Shown one piece after another: positions 24,093 through 37,837 of a DNA stretch of 64,000 nt (its first letter is position 1; each line of letters opens with the position of its first letter). Below the pieces are notes generated by a model. That model did no database searches. It saw only the letters and a program-made list of their open reading frames with translations, and had not been told where the DNA came from. The stretch spans positions 124,001-188,000 of the forward strand of contig NMRA01000563.1 of the NCBI GenBank assembly GCA_002633005.1, written 5' to 3'. This DNA is from Phoronis australis. Taxonomy: Eukaryota; Animalia; Phoronida. The position numbers and the translations under genes are program-made.

Positions 24093-24787
24093 GCACTTGA
24101 ACTAAATAAACAGTGTGGGATTTACACGCTAGGGACCCAGGAAAACTTTGTAGCCATTACAATGTGAAGTTAGCCATACCTTTCAATTGCACCGATCATG
24201 TTTCATTCTGCGATTTCTCAATTTCAAACAAACAATGAGAATTTTGTTCCCGTGGGATACATTAAAACCTGAACATAACCAGTATCTCCGGTGTTAAGAA
24301 ATCATGGTTATTAAGGACTGAGCGAGAAAACAATTAGCTAATTACGGATCTGAGCTTGCCACGTTTGATTTGTTAACTCACCACCAGATGTCACAGCTGC
24401 TTTGTTGAAACATCAAATGGTGAGAAAATATGAGTAGCCATCGGGGGTGTTGGATCGACGCAAACGTTCGTCTCAAGCATCAGTCCGTGAAATGTCATAA
24501 ACACACATTTGTTTCAATTTGACATTTCAACTTACAACTTTGCTTATGTTTAGTCTCGGTTTACTGCCATGAATTGCCGTCTTCAATTAGCTTCTTTTAT
24601 TCAGGCGCGCTCAAAAATCAATAAGAGGCATGAACTTGGATTTTTATAAAGGCAACCGAATGTCGCGTTTAAGTAAATGAGTTTATTCACACAGACATAC
24701 TCCATGTGTGGTGGATAAATCGATGAAGTTGTGTTTTGTTAGGTTTTGGCTGATACCTCGAATTACGTTACCTGGATCTTGTATCGA

Positions 24788-24874
24788 CCAATCAACAACT
24801 GGTAGAAATACTCATCCACCGAGAGCGGAGCGCACACGATATAAATCTCTTGAACATGCTCTTGAGTTTCAGTT
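24788..24874 (+). promoter_or_regulatory. Putative globin core promoter (CCAAT, TATA, Inr)
   Basis: CCAAT at 24788, TATAAA at 24840, TCAGTT with A at 24871 (TATA at -31), 20 nt before the ATG. Confidence 0.55.
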
Positions 24875-24890
24875 TGTGATTGTAGTTACA

Positions 24891-25141
24891 ATGGGTGCAC
24901 ACGTGACTCGGCAGTCTGAAAGACAGCCAAATGCGAGCGGAAAGTCAAAACAACGTCGAAACTCTGATAAGAAAATTAGTGCGCATATGAATGGAGTAGA
25001 GCACAACTCGCAGGCCTATCATGAGTTTCATAAAGATCCGAATTGTCCCGTCATAAACGAGGAAGAGAAACAACTGCTTAAAAAGACATGGAGTTTAATA
25101 AAAGATGACATCAACAAGGTCGGCGTGGTTACATTCATGGG
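24891..25141 (+). CDS. Globin X/neuroglobin-like globin with N-terminal extension, coding exon 1
   Basis: MGAHVT myristoylation consensus; A/B helices INEEEKQLLKKTWSLIKDDINKVGVVTFMG; phase-2 GTAAGT donor in the codon two after the B10 Phe (canonical B12.2 intron). Confidence 0.85.
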
Positions 25142-25762
25142 GTAAGTCTTAATCTCGATGTTGTTAACACACAAGCATTTTTGGCCAAAGCAGGACCTAT
25201 AAGCTTAAAAGCTGTGAGTTAGATTAGAGGAGATTAGAGTGATGTGAAATCCCGTTAGCTAAGTCCCATTCAATGAATGGCAGAGACCTTTAAACGTACT
25301 TATCCGTATTTACACGAGGCGAACTTGACACGGAGTAGATGGCACAGACAGCTGATCGGGGGCAACTGCAAATTCGACTTACACGGAGCAAGTTGACACC
25401 ACATCTGCCATTTTTACCCCTGTTCAAGAGGTAGAGCATCTAGCACTCGACCAGTTGCTCCAGTGTCAACTACATGTGTCAACACAAACTGGAGTTAGGC
25501 GGAAGGGATCATCTCTGTTACGGTTCCACAATAGCGTATATACGGGTGATCCGCCGGCATTCCACGTGGTTTGGACGTTCGCTGTTGCTTATGCGAGCAT
25601 GCACAGACTCTCTTCGAGTAAATGGTTGGTCCAGTTTGGTCGTGTAAATGGTTGGTCCAGTTTGTAAATGCCACTAAAACGTGGAGCGCCATGGCAACTC
25701 GCATCGTGACAATTGATCCTTGCGTAAAAACGGCTTTTAGCAGGTGAAGTCACTGGCTTTGA

Positions 25763-25925
25763 CTTCAGCGGGGAATGTCTGGCAGACAAGGGCGAGAATT
25801 AGCGATTTGCAATAAAATCACAAAACACAACGGGCGTTGTTGCTTTATAGCACTGGTCGAAACCAATAACTTTAAGAAGATTATACCATCCAACAATAAC
25901 CCGCAAAATGCATTTTTCGGCCATA
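25763..25925 (+). repeat. Dispersed repeat, second copy at ~42932-43100
   Basis: Shared AATGTCTGGCAGAC...GCGAGAATT...AATAAAATCACAAAA.CACAACG...TTTATAGC...AATAACTT..AGAAG. Confidence 0.75.
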
Positions 25926-27605
25926 AAATCGACATTGTACCCTTAAACAGGAGCATTTCCTCAAAACCTAAAATAAAGCAGATTACTCAAATGATGTCGT
26001 TTCAAACCTATCCACTCCCTGATAAGGTAATACCCGTCCCTAAACATATTATCTAGGATACCATCAACTAAAAAGAGTGCAAAAAGCCACCAGTTTTGAC
26101 GGGGTTCGTCAGTCTATCCAATATTGGTCAGTTTCAAGTCACTGCCACGCGACCCGTCCTTGTTAGAAACAAATGTTACCATTCTGGCGAGGTAAACTTT
26201 GAGACAAGTGGGAATGAAACGTACCTAGCAATTGAAACCAAGGCTATCTTTTTGAAACAGTGAACCACTACTTTAACTATCAATTTTGTGACTAGTTTTC
26301 CGACTATTTTTTTCCTTGAAACCGATTTCTTTTCTCACCGCAAGACAAAAATGTATAAAGGAGAAAGCAACCATTTTGATGTTACCTTTAGTGAAAATGC
26401 AGATCCCTGATTATTTTGTAGCTCAGGTATTTTACATAACAATACAGTTTCTTTGGTGTGTCCACGGAACAATAGAAAGTGGCGGGAAAAGCTTGCTTCG
26501 GCAGTCACTTCCATTGACCAAAGACGAATGACCTGCACAGAGTGAGTTGGTTACGATTTCTCAATGCAGGACCAAGGGGGAACATTTTGCCGGTCCATTT
26601 GTGTCACTTCCTTTTGTTTCATGGTAAATATACGTCAAGGGAGCAGTAGTTAAGACGAACCCTAAGATAAATAGGCATCTGAATGTTGTATGTTTACTAA
26701 ACGTAACATCAAAAACGTTACATTGCTTATGTCCAACTTCTCAATCTGTTAAAGATAAATATGTAAAAACGTTTAGTACATTTATTTTTGAGCAGTAATA
26801 ACCCCATGTCACTCACTTAAATGTAAACTGAAATTTGTGTTATTTTCAACAACGAAAGTGTTTATCTTTCGGGTAAACAAACCATCGCAATATCAATAGT
26901 TAAGTTGATAAAAAATCAGATTCCTTTTTATTTATATTCGGACTACAGGACTTTTTGGCCATATCACACAACACACCATGGAAAATTGGCTGTTCGAATG
27001 TCTGTCAGTTCGACAAGATCTATCGGACCCTTGGACAGTCGAAGACTCGAAGCAACCCATATCATCATACAATGTGAACTCTGCAGTTATTTGGTTCTTC
27101 TTAACCTCATGTATATATGTGTGTGATTGAGATTTTGTTGTGATTTGCTAGCTTTTTACTGGAGTCTGGTAACAAGCTGTTCAACTGACTAAACCACCTG
27201 TCTTCTGTTAGTTTTCGGTATTACAAGTGATCAAAGTACGTCCTCTTATGTAGCTATAGCGGTTAGTTGTGAACGCCACAGATGACTTTGTATATATAGT
27301 GGTCGCTGCTTGAACTGCATTTGTGAGAACCACTCGTGTGTCAGGGACGGTCAATCTAAACTCGGTGTTGCCTCTGGTGTGGTTTTGTGTGTGACAGATA
27401 CTTGAAATCAAATCAGTGGTGTTGTCGTTCGGAATTCTGGTTCGTTTTACAATTGATTTGCATTCGGAAAAAAAGTTAAAATAGACGTTTTGTGAAGTTA
27501 GAAAACTTGTGAAAAGAGTGGCAGTAAATCAGCGCCATCTGCCAACAAGAAACTTCTGATTTAGACTAGTTAACGTCATAAAATTGGTCAAACCTTTTTC
27601 TTTAA

Positions 27606-27937
27606 AAGAATACCGAACCCGATTTTGGCCTATTAACAGTTACTAAAAACGACTTTCCCATCCAGTTCTTTGAAACAAAACAATGTCCTGTAACCCTCGA
27701 CAACCCTCAAAAGTTTTTAGGAAAATTTAAAAACTCCTAATTGGTCTGTGAGCAAGCGGGACCTATACGTTTAGCGAAGTACACGGCACCAAGGACCGTA
27801 ATACTCAATTAGTGAGATTGGGAGTATGAGTTTTAGTTGATTCCTGCTTTTATCTTTCAAGATTCACGCCAATGATGCACTAGCAGGTAACAGAACGAGC
27901 ATAGGTTGAAATCATCAAAATAGGGCTTAGTATCCCC
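27606..27937 (+). mobile_element. TTAA-targeting Kolobok-like non-autonomous element (copy C)
   Basis: TTAA at 27602 and 27938; ends AAGAATACCGAACCC / GGGCTTAGTATCCCC; homologous to 12471-12827. Confidence 0.8.
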
Positions 27938-29892
27938 TTAACTAGATTAGAGATGATTCCCGTACTCGAAAGGAACTGACAGTTCGTTACTGCTCCACAC
28001 CGAGGCTCGAGACGTTTTCTTATCACGGCTGGTTTCTAAGTTTCAGCCGCAGAAGCGGTGTGGCTGTCAGGCGATAATCACTAAATAGTACAGCTATTTG
28101 CGCATGTATTCATTTCGATTGTTATGCTAAAGCCATTGTCATGACATTGAATGTGTAATATCGAATTCTATTGTTAATTGTGTAGCAAACTAAGTCGTTA
28201 AAAACCTACTTGCTATTTCTGACGGCGTTTTAGATATCGATTACCAGGTGCCAATATGCAGAACGTACTTCAAACTAAAGGTGAAAACTCCTTTGTGAAA
28301 TACCTTTAGCGGTACAAGTGATTTCCGCCATTAGCTCACTGGCGAATGAATGGCGCCACGACGAACGCGCCCCCTGCCCATCAAAAACTACATATTTTTA
28401 TTTCTCGACTCACTCCTGTTATCAGCCCTCACGGTCTTATAACATTCACGATCTAAAGAGCAGATTGTTTGTCATCAGGGTAGAAATATCTTACACCATT
28501 TATGAGGGGGGGGGGGCAAAATATAACAAGGCAAAACTTTTACCTTGTCACAAAAACGACATGTCATTTACGAATCACCGTACTTATAAAAGTCGTGCTC
28601 ATTTTCTCGCACACTGTGGACTGTGGAATACTCCTTTCTAGACTTGTTTTTCAATCATCTTCAAATCGTAAACAACCTTGTTTTCACAATAACTGACGCA
28701 TTAGATGTTCATGACAAAATCTGTTACAATAGCGCTTATAGGTTATCTTAGTACGACAACAAAACCTGTTACTGTAGTATCACTTACTAGTTTTAAAATT
28801 GAGTGTTGAAACAGATGTTGCTATGCAATGCTTGTTTTTTTTTTGTAAACAACAATATTTTGCCGAATTTCTCATAACTGTTTTGATAAAATGAAAACGA
28901 AGAGGTGACGTTTGGATATCTTGTACGGAGTCAACTCGAATGAAGTTATTATAAATCTCGCGTAAAACGAGAGGGCTCGTCCGTTTTACACAAGAGAAGA
29001 ACAAAAATGGTGCTTTCACTTGATTCAGTTGTCTTGATGATTTCGTCAACTATCTTGTTTGAGTGAATCCTAACCATATGATATAGGCTTAGGGGTGTAC
29101 CGGTATATGCATATTTGGAACGACCTACGTTGGAATTAATAAGTACATTAAGCGCTGTTCGCTAAGCTCAGTGAACGTTGAGAGGCAATCAAATGTTACT
29201 TTAACGACACATTGTAGTTTAGGTTAACCAGCTTTGACAGATTTGTATTTAAGTGACAAATCTGGCTGTGGAGTATTGATATCGGAAATTAATTTGTATA
29301 AATCTCAAGTATGCGCGATGACATTTCTACGTAACTACAGTGGCACCATTGCAGTCAGATGGTAGGCACTGCCTTCCGGTATCGAAAACATCTTCGCTAG
29401 TTTACATGTAGTATAAATTATTGTATTAAATACTGGGCATTTCTCCCAGCTACGCTGAGATCTGTGTTTGCACAGCTGAGGTCAGGAAATTTACCATGAT
29501 GAAAGGTGGAATTAGGGAGGTTCTCGGGAACTCCAATAAATGAAAGATTGTGTCAAGTATGTTATGAAAATTTAATTCAAAGGCGAAATGCATCCTAGTT
29601 TCGTTTGCACCAGATACAATCGTTTGCACCAGATACAATCGTTTTAAGACCAGAGTTCCAGAGTGAATACTCTTTTTAGACTTGTCTCTAAATTATCAGA
29701 AGCTCTTGCTAAGTCTTTGATGTTAATTTGTATCATATAACTTAAATCATATGCTTAAGTGTATAAGCCCAAGAGACCGGGGATGTTTTGTATAAAATGT
29801 CCATTTCTTTTTGTATTGTATACCGTGATGCACACATGTCACTGTAGTAAATAATTAATATGTAGGTATGACGGACACGTGATAATCAGCTG

Positions 29893-29986
29893 GAAAGGGG
29901 CATTGTGGGAAGGGGCATTGTGAGAAGGGGCCTTGTGAGAAGGGGCATTGTGAGAAGGGGCCTTAGTGTTGTGGGAAGGGGCATTG
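29893..29986. repeat. 15-bp minisatellite
   Basis: AAGGGGCATTGTG(G/A)G units, ~5-6 copies. Confidence 0.9.
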
Positions 29987-31593
29987 GCTGAACAAAATGT
30001 GTATTAACCATCAAAATACAACGACCGCTGATTTGTATCTCACATTTCATCTCATCCACCGCGTCTATAACCGATTCATTACCATTGTTTTTTTTATCTA
30101 TTTTTTTTTCAAATTGTCCTATACGCACCTGCTTGCGCCATTACACTGGTACACGGTCGAAATAATTGCAAAAGAACGCCACGCGCCTCACTATGCTTTC
30201 GAAACCCAATAACACACAAACTATTGCTTATTGGAAATCTTCATTGGCTGCTTTTTAGGAGACAGCAATCCACTCATACACCAGTTAGTGATAAGCTGAT
30301 ACCAAAAACCTTTATTAAACTTCAGTTTCAGTTAGTGGCAAGCTGATACCAGAAACGTTTATTAAAAAAGAAATTGGTCTGCCAAGGATTAAGTTGCCTG
30401 TTACTGAAACAAAATGAACAGGTTATGCGTCCATTAAGTGATGCGATCATGTTACGACGTTCAAAAAAAAACACAAAAAAACACAGGTGGCTCACCAAAA
30501 GTCTAAATTTCCACGTGAGCTGAGATGTATGACACTTTCTGCCAAAATTGTGCACACATTGGATTTGCATCGTTATTTGTGTTTTTTCCGCTCATGTCTG
30601 TGTTTTACTATTGGTCGGCGACACTGCCACAGACCATAAGCGGATTGTGCGAATGTTTCAGGCAAGTAAGTATAGAAATGAGAAATTTAAGGGACTTGAC
30701 CTAAGGCGTTTAGGCGTCACGGTCATTTAGTTGCCATTTAAATGAAAGTAATGGAATGATGGTTGTGTAGTTTCATTACAAAACTTTTTATCGACAACTT
30801 TATTTCAAGCTTTTAAAAATGTTGGTTCCAGTTTTCTGTTCCAAACAACCCATCATAATCACTACACGATTTCTAACTAGTAGCCTATACATCAAACATT
30901 GACATGTTAGTCAAAGCTCACTAGAAATTCCAAAATTGTCGAGGATTTACTAGTTCCTCATTTTGAACGGATGTAGAGTTTGTCGAAAGCATAGATTTAA
31001 CAGAAAATTCAGAGTTCACGTGCCGCCCGATCAAAGGACAGGTCGGAGTCTGATCCGCAGTCTGGAAAAAAATCACATGTAAACTTTCGACCGACCAATG
31101 ATCTGGTTTCCGACCCAAACCAGATGGAAGATCTGGCTTACATTCCAATGACGTGGCTCTCATAGCCTATGGTGGTCGCACGTGATTGGCCAGAATATTA
31201 GCAATTGTGACAATTACTCCTAAGGAGACAACACGCCGTAGGAAACTGGTAGGATGTCATACAGCGTTCACTTACCGTCCGATTAGCAAACAGATCTCAG
31301 GGATTCACCGCAAGATAAAAATCACATCTAAGTGCTTATTATTGTCCGAAATTTCAAAGTTTGGAAGTTGAGACGAATGTTATACTTACGTCAAAAATTA
31401 ATTAAGTTAGATTCTTGAAAAGGACCCCTGACCTGCAATCTTATGAGCTAGGCCTGAAGAGTCCCAGAGCAGGGATCAATTCTAAACTGAGTAAAGAACA
31501 ATATAAGATAAATTTCACAACAGTAACTGTCCTAAATCAAAACTTATTTTTGACAGAAATCACCGGTTTAATGCCGCTTTAAATTACACATCT

Positions 31594-31744
31594 GGGCTGG
31601 GTTGCATAAATCTTCAAAATTATCCGTTAGATAAGTTTGATTGTCGCATGACGTCAGGTGCATTGTTCAACAATAACAACTTGGCGAGTGAGAATGTGAC
31701 GCCATTGTTACTGTGCAGCGTACAACTTTTATGCAACTAGACCC
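31594..31744. mobile_element. Harbinger-like MITE
   Basis: GGGCTGGGTTGCATAAA...TTTATGCAACTAGACCC inverted ends. Confidence 0.55.
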
Positions 31745-33202
31745 TAACTATAAACATTCCAAATGGAATACTAAAAATCAATTGCAAGTTTGCCTCGAAA
31801 TCTCGTTGCTACGAAATCTCATCTATTTCCTCGGACATCACTGAGTAATTAGTAGGAAAAACAGAGAAATAAGTACTATTCACGTCAATTACATCATGAT
31901 AATTCCGTGTAGTGCCCATCTGTCAGGACGAATTATATTCTGTAAACATTGTATTAGCTACGAGTTGAACACCGAGTGAAAACGGATATGCAAAACACGT
32001 TCGTTTAATTATGGCGACGAGATGTGGCGGTGTTTTGAATAACAAACTTATTCATTTAACTATGTTAATTATTGAGAACATTCGCAACTTCGCAGTTTTA
32101 CGCTAGATCCGTATAGCGTGAACTCTAATTTTTCCTTCGAACAAAATTTAGATCTATATGGTGGACAGCCTTGAAAATGTCACTTCACCCTTACCCAACC
32201 AAGAACAGTTGTTGGAACATAGTTTTCGCAACTAATCATCCACTTCATCAATATTGTATTACGCAATAAGAATATGAATTTCCTCGATTCGCAGAACATT
32301 CAGAGACTTTTGGTGGTAAATCACAACTTTGAAATTATCAAAACTTTTTCCGTTATAAGTATTATTGTTACATGACGTCAGCGACATTGCTGGTCCTTAG
32401 CAACGTGACGGACGATAGCGTTAATTGCTCTTTTGTTTTCCAGCCCAGGTCTAAACCACAGCAACCAATTACATTGTCGTAATGTATTAGGCCTTGTTTC
32501 TAAACATGTTTTAAAGTATTGTTTTTTCCTTTTTTTCCGAGACTTCATTTGCCATGTTGATATTGTTTTGAAGTTCTGCCGCTGCCCAGACGAAACTTAC
32601 TGCAGTCGGTGCCATTATGCATTTTCGTGAATATTTAATAATGTTACCGACTGTCAACGGAAAATATTAAATCAACCAGAACTTTTTCAGCGGCCCTACA
32701 GTAAATTACTTCTCAGGTAAATAGTGCACTGCAGTGGACGTTGTCGATTTTCACTGGACTGACCTTTTTAGTAAAGTGTTAATATACAAGTAGCTGAAAA
32801 TATTGACAACGCTCGGACCAGTTCACTGCGAGCTACACCTTCCAGTGCAATCACCAAGTGCCGAGACGAACGCAAAGTGTGATCTTGTCTAGAGTCACAA
32901 TGTTTGCACGAAGAAAGAATGCGTTCTACATCGATGTAGTTTTAGTCGGCATCTTTTCCTTTGGACTTGGTAAACCGACATTATAGCGCAAACTCGTGTG
33001 CGTATGTGGCGATAAAAAAGGATTCAAGAATGTAAACCAAAATAAATGCGTTTTTTATTAACTTGGGAAGAATTTTTGCTTCTGCACTTTCTCGACATTT
33101 TTGAGTTTTCGGTAGCACTTTGCGATAAATTTCCGTTCTCCAAAACTGAGTAGTTTGTTTGCCATTCCCCAGCAAACAGAGCACGCGACGGTTCACGCAA
33201 CA

Positions 33203-33349
33203 GGCGCACAGTCTGATCGACAAGAACTGAATTTGGGCTTCATGGCGTTGTATTGAAGTATAAGTACATTTTGGCACACACTGCAGTACTCACACTCCAG
33301 TACAACGGCGGAAGTTCAAATTCAGTTCTCATTTATCAACCTGTGCACC
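33203..33349. mobile_element. Degenerate palindromic MITE
   Basis: GCACAG...GAACTGAATTTG...CGTTGTA mirrored by TACAACG...CAAATTCAGTTC...CTGTGC. Confidence 0.6.
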
Positions 33350-34509
33350 CAAGCCTACTGTATCATTACATCCTGCTGTGAAAGTAGGTGCATCACTTGC
33401 TCTGCATGTACGGGTGTGAAAACAATTAACCTTCTTCTGAAATTAATTAACAATGCTCCTGTTTTGTTTCAAAAATACATTTTCCTTTTCATCGTTTTTT
33501 ATGAATTTAAACCAGCAATCGTGTTTTAAATCAATGAACTTCGCAGTCACTGTCACTTGAAATGTGAGAACACTTTGAGACAGTCACACCCTGTATATGC
33601 GAGAACACCCTGTATAAGTGAGATCACTTCGAGACAGTCACATTCTGTATATGTGGGAACACCCTGTATATTGCCAATCAACAACAACAGCGACAATAAT
33701 CAATGAGAAATTTAGTTCAGATTCTTGCATACATACAAATTACTTTATTGCAAATGGTTTCCACGACAACCGAAACAATTGCAATAAAAATATCTCGGGA
33801 GCGACTCTGTATAAACAGTTTTCTCTTTCCTTATCGTTATTGCACGATAAGATCTTATCTCAGCAGCCATCTCCCCATCCCTTGCATGTATAATTTATGA
33901 TAATTAGATTTTCATTAATCACATCATTATTACACTTGAAATTCGTGCGACTGTGCTGGCTAAATTTCAGTCTGTGGAAGCTTGATGCCAAAGCAGTCCT
34001 TTCTTGTATCACACGGCGCCCTCGCGCATATTCGCAATTATTGTGGAACAGGGTAAATGTTTGAAAAATTGAGAAATCCGACGATGCTTGAGGGTACCGT
34101 TATTGTAACCCCACTCGGCTTGACACGACTGCACGCGGTCAATATCCAGCAAAAGCTACAGAAGCATCACGCTACTGGACTCCTTTACTAGAACCCTACT
34201 GCAAGAACGACCCAAAGTCTTTGAACTGAATGCAGAAAATGTCTAGCAAGAGCTATAGAATTTGCTGTCTTGTTGAACAGTACTAAAAAAAATAAACTAC
34301 TAGAACTTCAGAGGTATCACGCCTCCTTCAAAGGGAAGATGGTATTGTAGAATGGCGGGAACCGTCGTCTCTTGCTTTCTCACGAGATCTCGGCTGGTTA
34401 CCAACCTCACATATACTCTCATTCCAAGCAGAGGACACTTTGAAGCAACAATTTCGGGGGCCTTTAATAACGCCCTCAGATTTAATTCGATTTACAAGCC
34501 TGTCATTTG

Positions 34510-34735
34510 TTAACGCGTGCTGGCGTTACAGGTTGACGCGTTAATCTAGGTAGCATGCATTGAATGACGCGTTAGCTGTGGCGTGACAAATTCCGAGAAC
34601 GAGTTGATTATTAGACTTAGAGCATGACACTTTCATTTATCAGTCCTGCGTAAACTCGATTCTGATTCTGGCAGATACAGTGGACTCCTGTATTGTTGTT
34701 GTCTTGCTGACATATTATAGCGGGACATGAAAGTA
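34510..34735 (+). repeat. Dispersed repeat, second copy at ~56098-56345
   Basis: Shared TAACGCGT...CGCGTTAATCTA...GAGAACG.GTT...CTTAGA.CATGA...CAGTGGA...GTCTTGCTGACATATT. Confidence 0.65.
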
Positions 34736-35475
34736 AAAGCATAATGAGATCTGACACTTTATCTCAGTTTTGCGTTTTGAACTTGTGTTATAGACCATTT
34801 CTACTTTTTAAAAAGAAATGTGGAAAAAACGACTGAATCAGATACACTGCATATAGGCCTACAAAAAACAAAGCCATGAATATTCCGGGAACATTTTTGC
34901 AGTAGATATCATTTCTAATTGTAAGATATATGAGCAAATGATCAACATATCCAAAAATTAAACCAAAGAACTGCAAAGCATGCTTCTATCAACAAAACAC
35001 AGTGGACACTATATACCAGTGTTATTGACCTTGCCTTGAGTGCTTGTGATGAAAATGCACATATGTATATATATATCCGCAGTCATGGCGACCCTTTGCT
35101 GGTCTGCTGGTAATTATGGTATATAGCTTTGATCAAGTCACAAGTACTCTGTCCAGTCGGTTTTGAGGTGTGCAGTTTTATCGAAGCAATTGACAAGTTT
35201 ATTTGCATTAGTTCCCATGTTCAGAAATTATGTTACTGGTTTTAACGTATAGCCATAAGTCTTTGATTCATGCAAATCTAGTGCATTAGCGGAACGGAGT
35301 TTTTATGCAGTTAAAAAGGTTATTTCCATGCTGGTGTATGTGAGTTGCACTTGTAACAATTTCGGGGAATCCATAGCAAATCCCTTTGGTGCTATGATTG
35401 AAGTTCGCCTATGCGCAGATGTAACACACCTCTGAGGAATAGTTTGATGCTACTAATTACTACGATCCCAGTTCA

Positions 35476-35884
35476 CGGTTGCACAAAACAGTCCCAAATA
35501 GGAACTCAACTATGTTCCCTAAATCTAGTGCGTATTTTCGGACTTGTGAAAACATCGATTGTCTTTTCTTGTGTTGTTTTAGTTTCATTACTAAGTCAAC
35601 TTTTGACTTTGATACAAATCTCGAGTAAACTCTACATTGAATTGTCAATTAGGGATCTTTTCATGCAACACCCCCAGTTTAAGGACTGAGTCCCTCATCT
35701 TCTTTCAATGAACTCTGGGCTCAGTTTTTAGTTATATTAGGAAATGTCATTAATCAAATAAGAGCTCAAAATTAAAATGAAATGATAGAAAAATGTTGCA
35801 TCTGTGACTCCATAAAAACACAAATATGCGAAAAGACTTAGGGACCTTAGTTGAGTCCCTATTTGGGACTGTTTCATGCAACCG
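35476..35884. mobile_element. Harbinger-like MITE with ~60-bp TIRs
   Basis: CGGTTGCACAAAACAGTCCCAAATAGGAACTCAACTA / TAGTTGAGTCCCTATTTGGGACTGTTTCATGCAACCG. Confidence 0.8.
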
Positions 35885-37837
35885 GCTTCAGGTATCTCGA
35901 ATGAACCAGCGCGTGACCCAATTTTTTTTTCTGCCGCTGACTGTACTTGACTCGGCTACACGCGGTAAATAACTTATCTAGCACTAACTAGCTAGACACA
36001 TAAAGATATTTCCTCACTTACCGTTCGGACATATGTCCTTTAGACTATGAAAACGTCTATATCGAAAAAGCAACAAATAGGCACACACACACACAAGTCT
36101 CCTAGAAATTCCTCCTTACTCCATAAATATGAACTCAATTCACTCATTCGTGCCATACCTTGAAACTGCGACTAGTCCAAACAGCCTCTATAACTGACTT
36201 TCCTTCCTACCAGACATCAGGTTTTCAAGCGATGCACCCCACAAGTTAATTGAAACTTTTAGTGATTAGCCGGTACTCGCAGTTCTTCATAAGTCCATGA
36301 GGGCTCCTCAGGTGAAAGCAAAATTGCCCGCAAAGCAAGGGGTCTCCAAAAGTGATCTTTTTATGACATAGAAAGATATAGTTCGCGAGAACAAATCAAC
36401 GTGGCAAGTGGATATATGTGCGGAGTATCATTTATTGCCAATTTCAGGTAAGTTCCACGAACCACTGAGACTATATAACAACTCAATGTTAGTTCAAAAA
36501 CCCACAATTGGCGTAATCCTGTGTCTGATTCCGTCCAAGTCACATTAGTGTGAGCACGAGCTGCACAAGGATAACACGGCATATGTCTAAATTATTCGGT
36601 TCCATTGAATATTTGGAATCGCTGTAGAGGTATAATACACAAGGTTCCTTTGTTGTAATCGCACTTGGCTCTAATTCGTTTGATTGATTGTCGTAAAGAG
36701 CAAATACCTTGAAAGTGCTATGGAAGACTATGAAGTGCGAGAGAACTTTATTGCATTGACAAATGTGGTTGCATCCTAGTAGCAAAGGTGGGGGAAGGTT
36801 AACTTTGCATGCTTGCTTGTTGAGTGGGCGGGGGTGGGGGTGAAACAAATGTGAGTCTACCCTCGATCGAACCATGTTTCTCGTCAATGTTCAGTTTCGC
36901 CCCGAGGTCTGACATTACTTTTATTCTCCTCTATCCTAATCAAAACTCGTTTTGTCTCCTCACGTATCTTCCGTCGACACCGACAACAGTTTTACCTCAT
37001 CGCTCTTCTTATATGTCTTTACCAAATTTTTAGACAGGTAAAACTTGTTGGGAAGGGATACGAGCTAATACTCGACGTGGTCAAACTTTTGTCCCTGTAG
37101 CTCCATAGTCAGACCCCCCCCTATTTTCACCACTTCCGCCCCCTTGGTCTTCGCCAATTTTGCATCCCCTTTGCCATAGTCAAGCGACTTTTAAAAATTT
37201 CAGTCGAATAGGGAGCCAAAAGGATGTAATGCCAAAATCATTCTTTGGAGGTTTAGAAATAGCGTAAAAACCCCTAACAAGAACTTCGAAATCCTGAAAA
37301 ATGCGGAGACAAACAACATCACCTCGGGATGAATATAAGAAACATAGTGTTGGAAACTTTTGTGATAGTTTTGTATAATACCGAGAATAAAAATAAGGCC
37401 TTAAGTCAAGATTTATTTTGTCAAGATTCAGTTTGAGGAAAATTCAAATCATTAGGCTCATGCATTAAAAATAACCTTGACATGTTGGGCTAACAAAAGA
37501 CGACACAAAGTAAAACTAAAAGCACACACAAAACTTATTTTGAGTGAACTACCGGTAGTTTTAAATTTGTAAGCTTTTTTAATCCGCAATTCACAATAAA
37601 ATTTTTTAGACATTGTCTGGTTGGATACATGTACCTGACGGGCAACTTGGATAAGAGGGGAGACGGGTCAGCCATGAGGTGTTTTGGTCGCCCTCTCCCA
37701 AGACATTTTCAGAATTCATTCGTGTTAATGTGAATTTTGGTTCATTCTAGAGATAACCTATCGCGCTTTATGAGTTAAGCTTTTAACTCCAAAAATCGAA
37801 GAAGTCTTTGTCCATGATTGTCAATACATGTACTTAG

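Noticed and set aside
24708-24890. N-terminal extension of the globin ORF from a GTG start
   Set aside because: Non-ATG start overlapping the predicted core promoter; Met-Gly at 24891 fits better.
35652-35689. DLFMQHPQFKD resembling the start of globin exon 2
   Set aside because: Lies inside a MITE, hits a stop immediately and has no suitable phase-2 acceptor.
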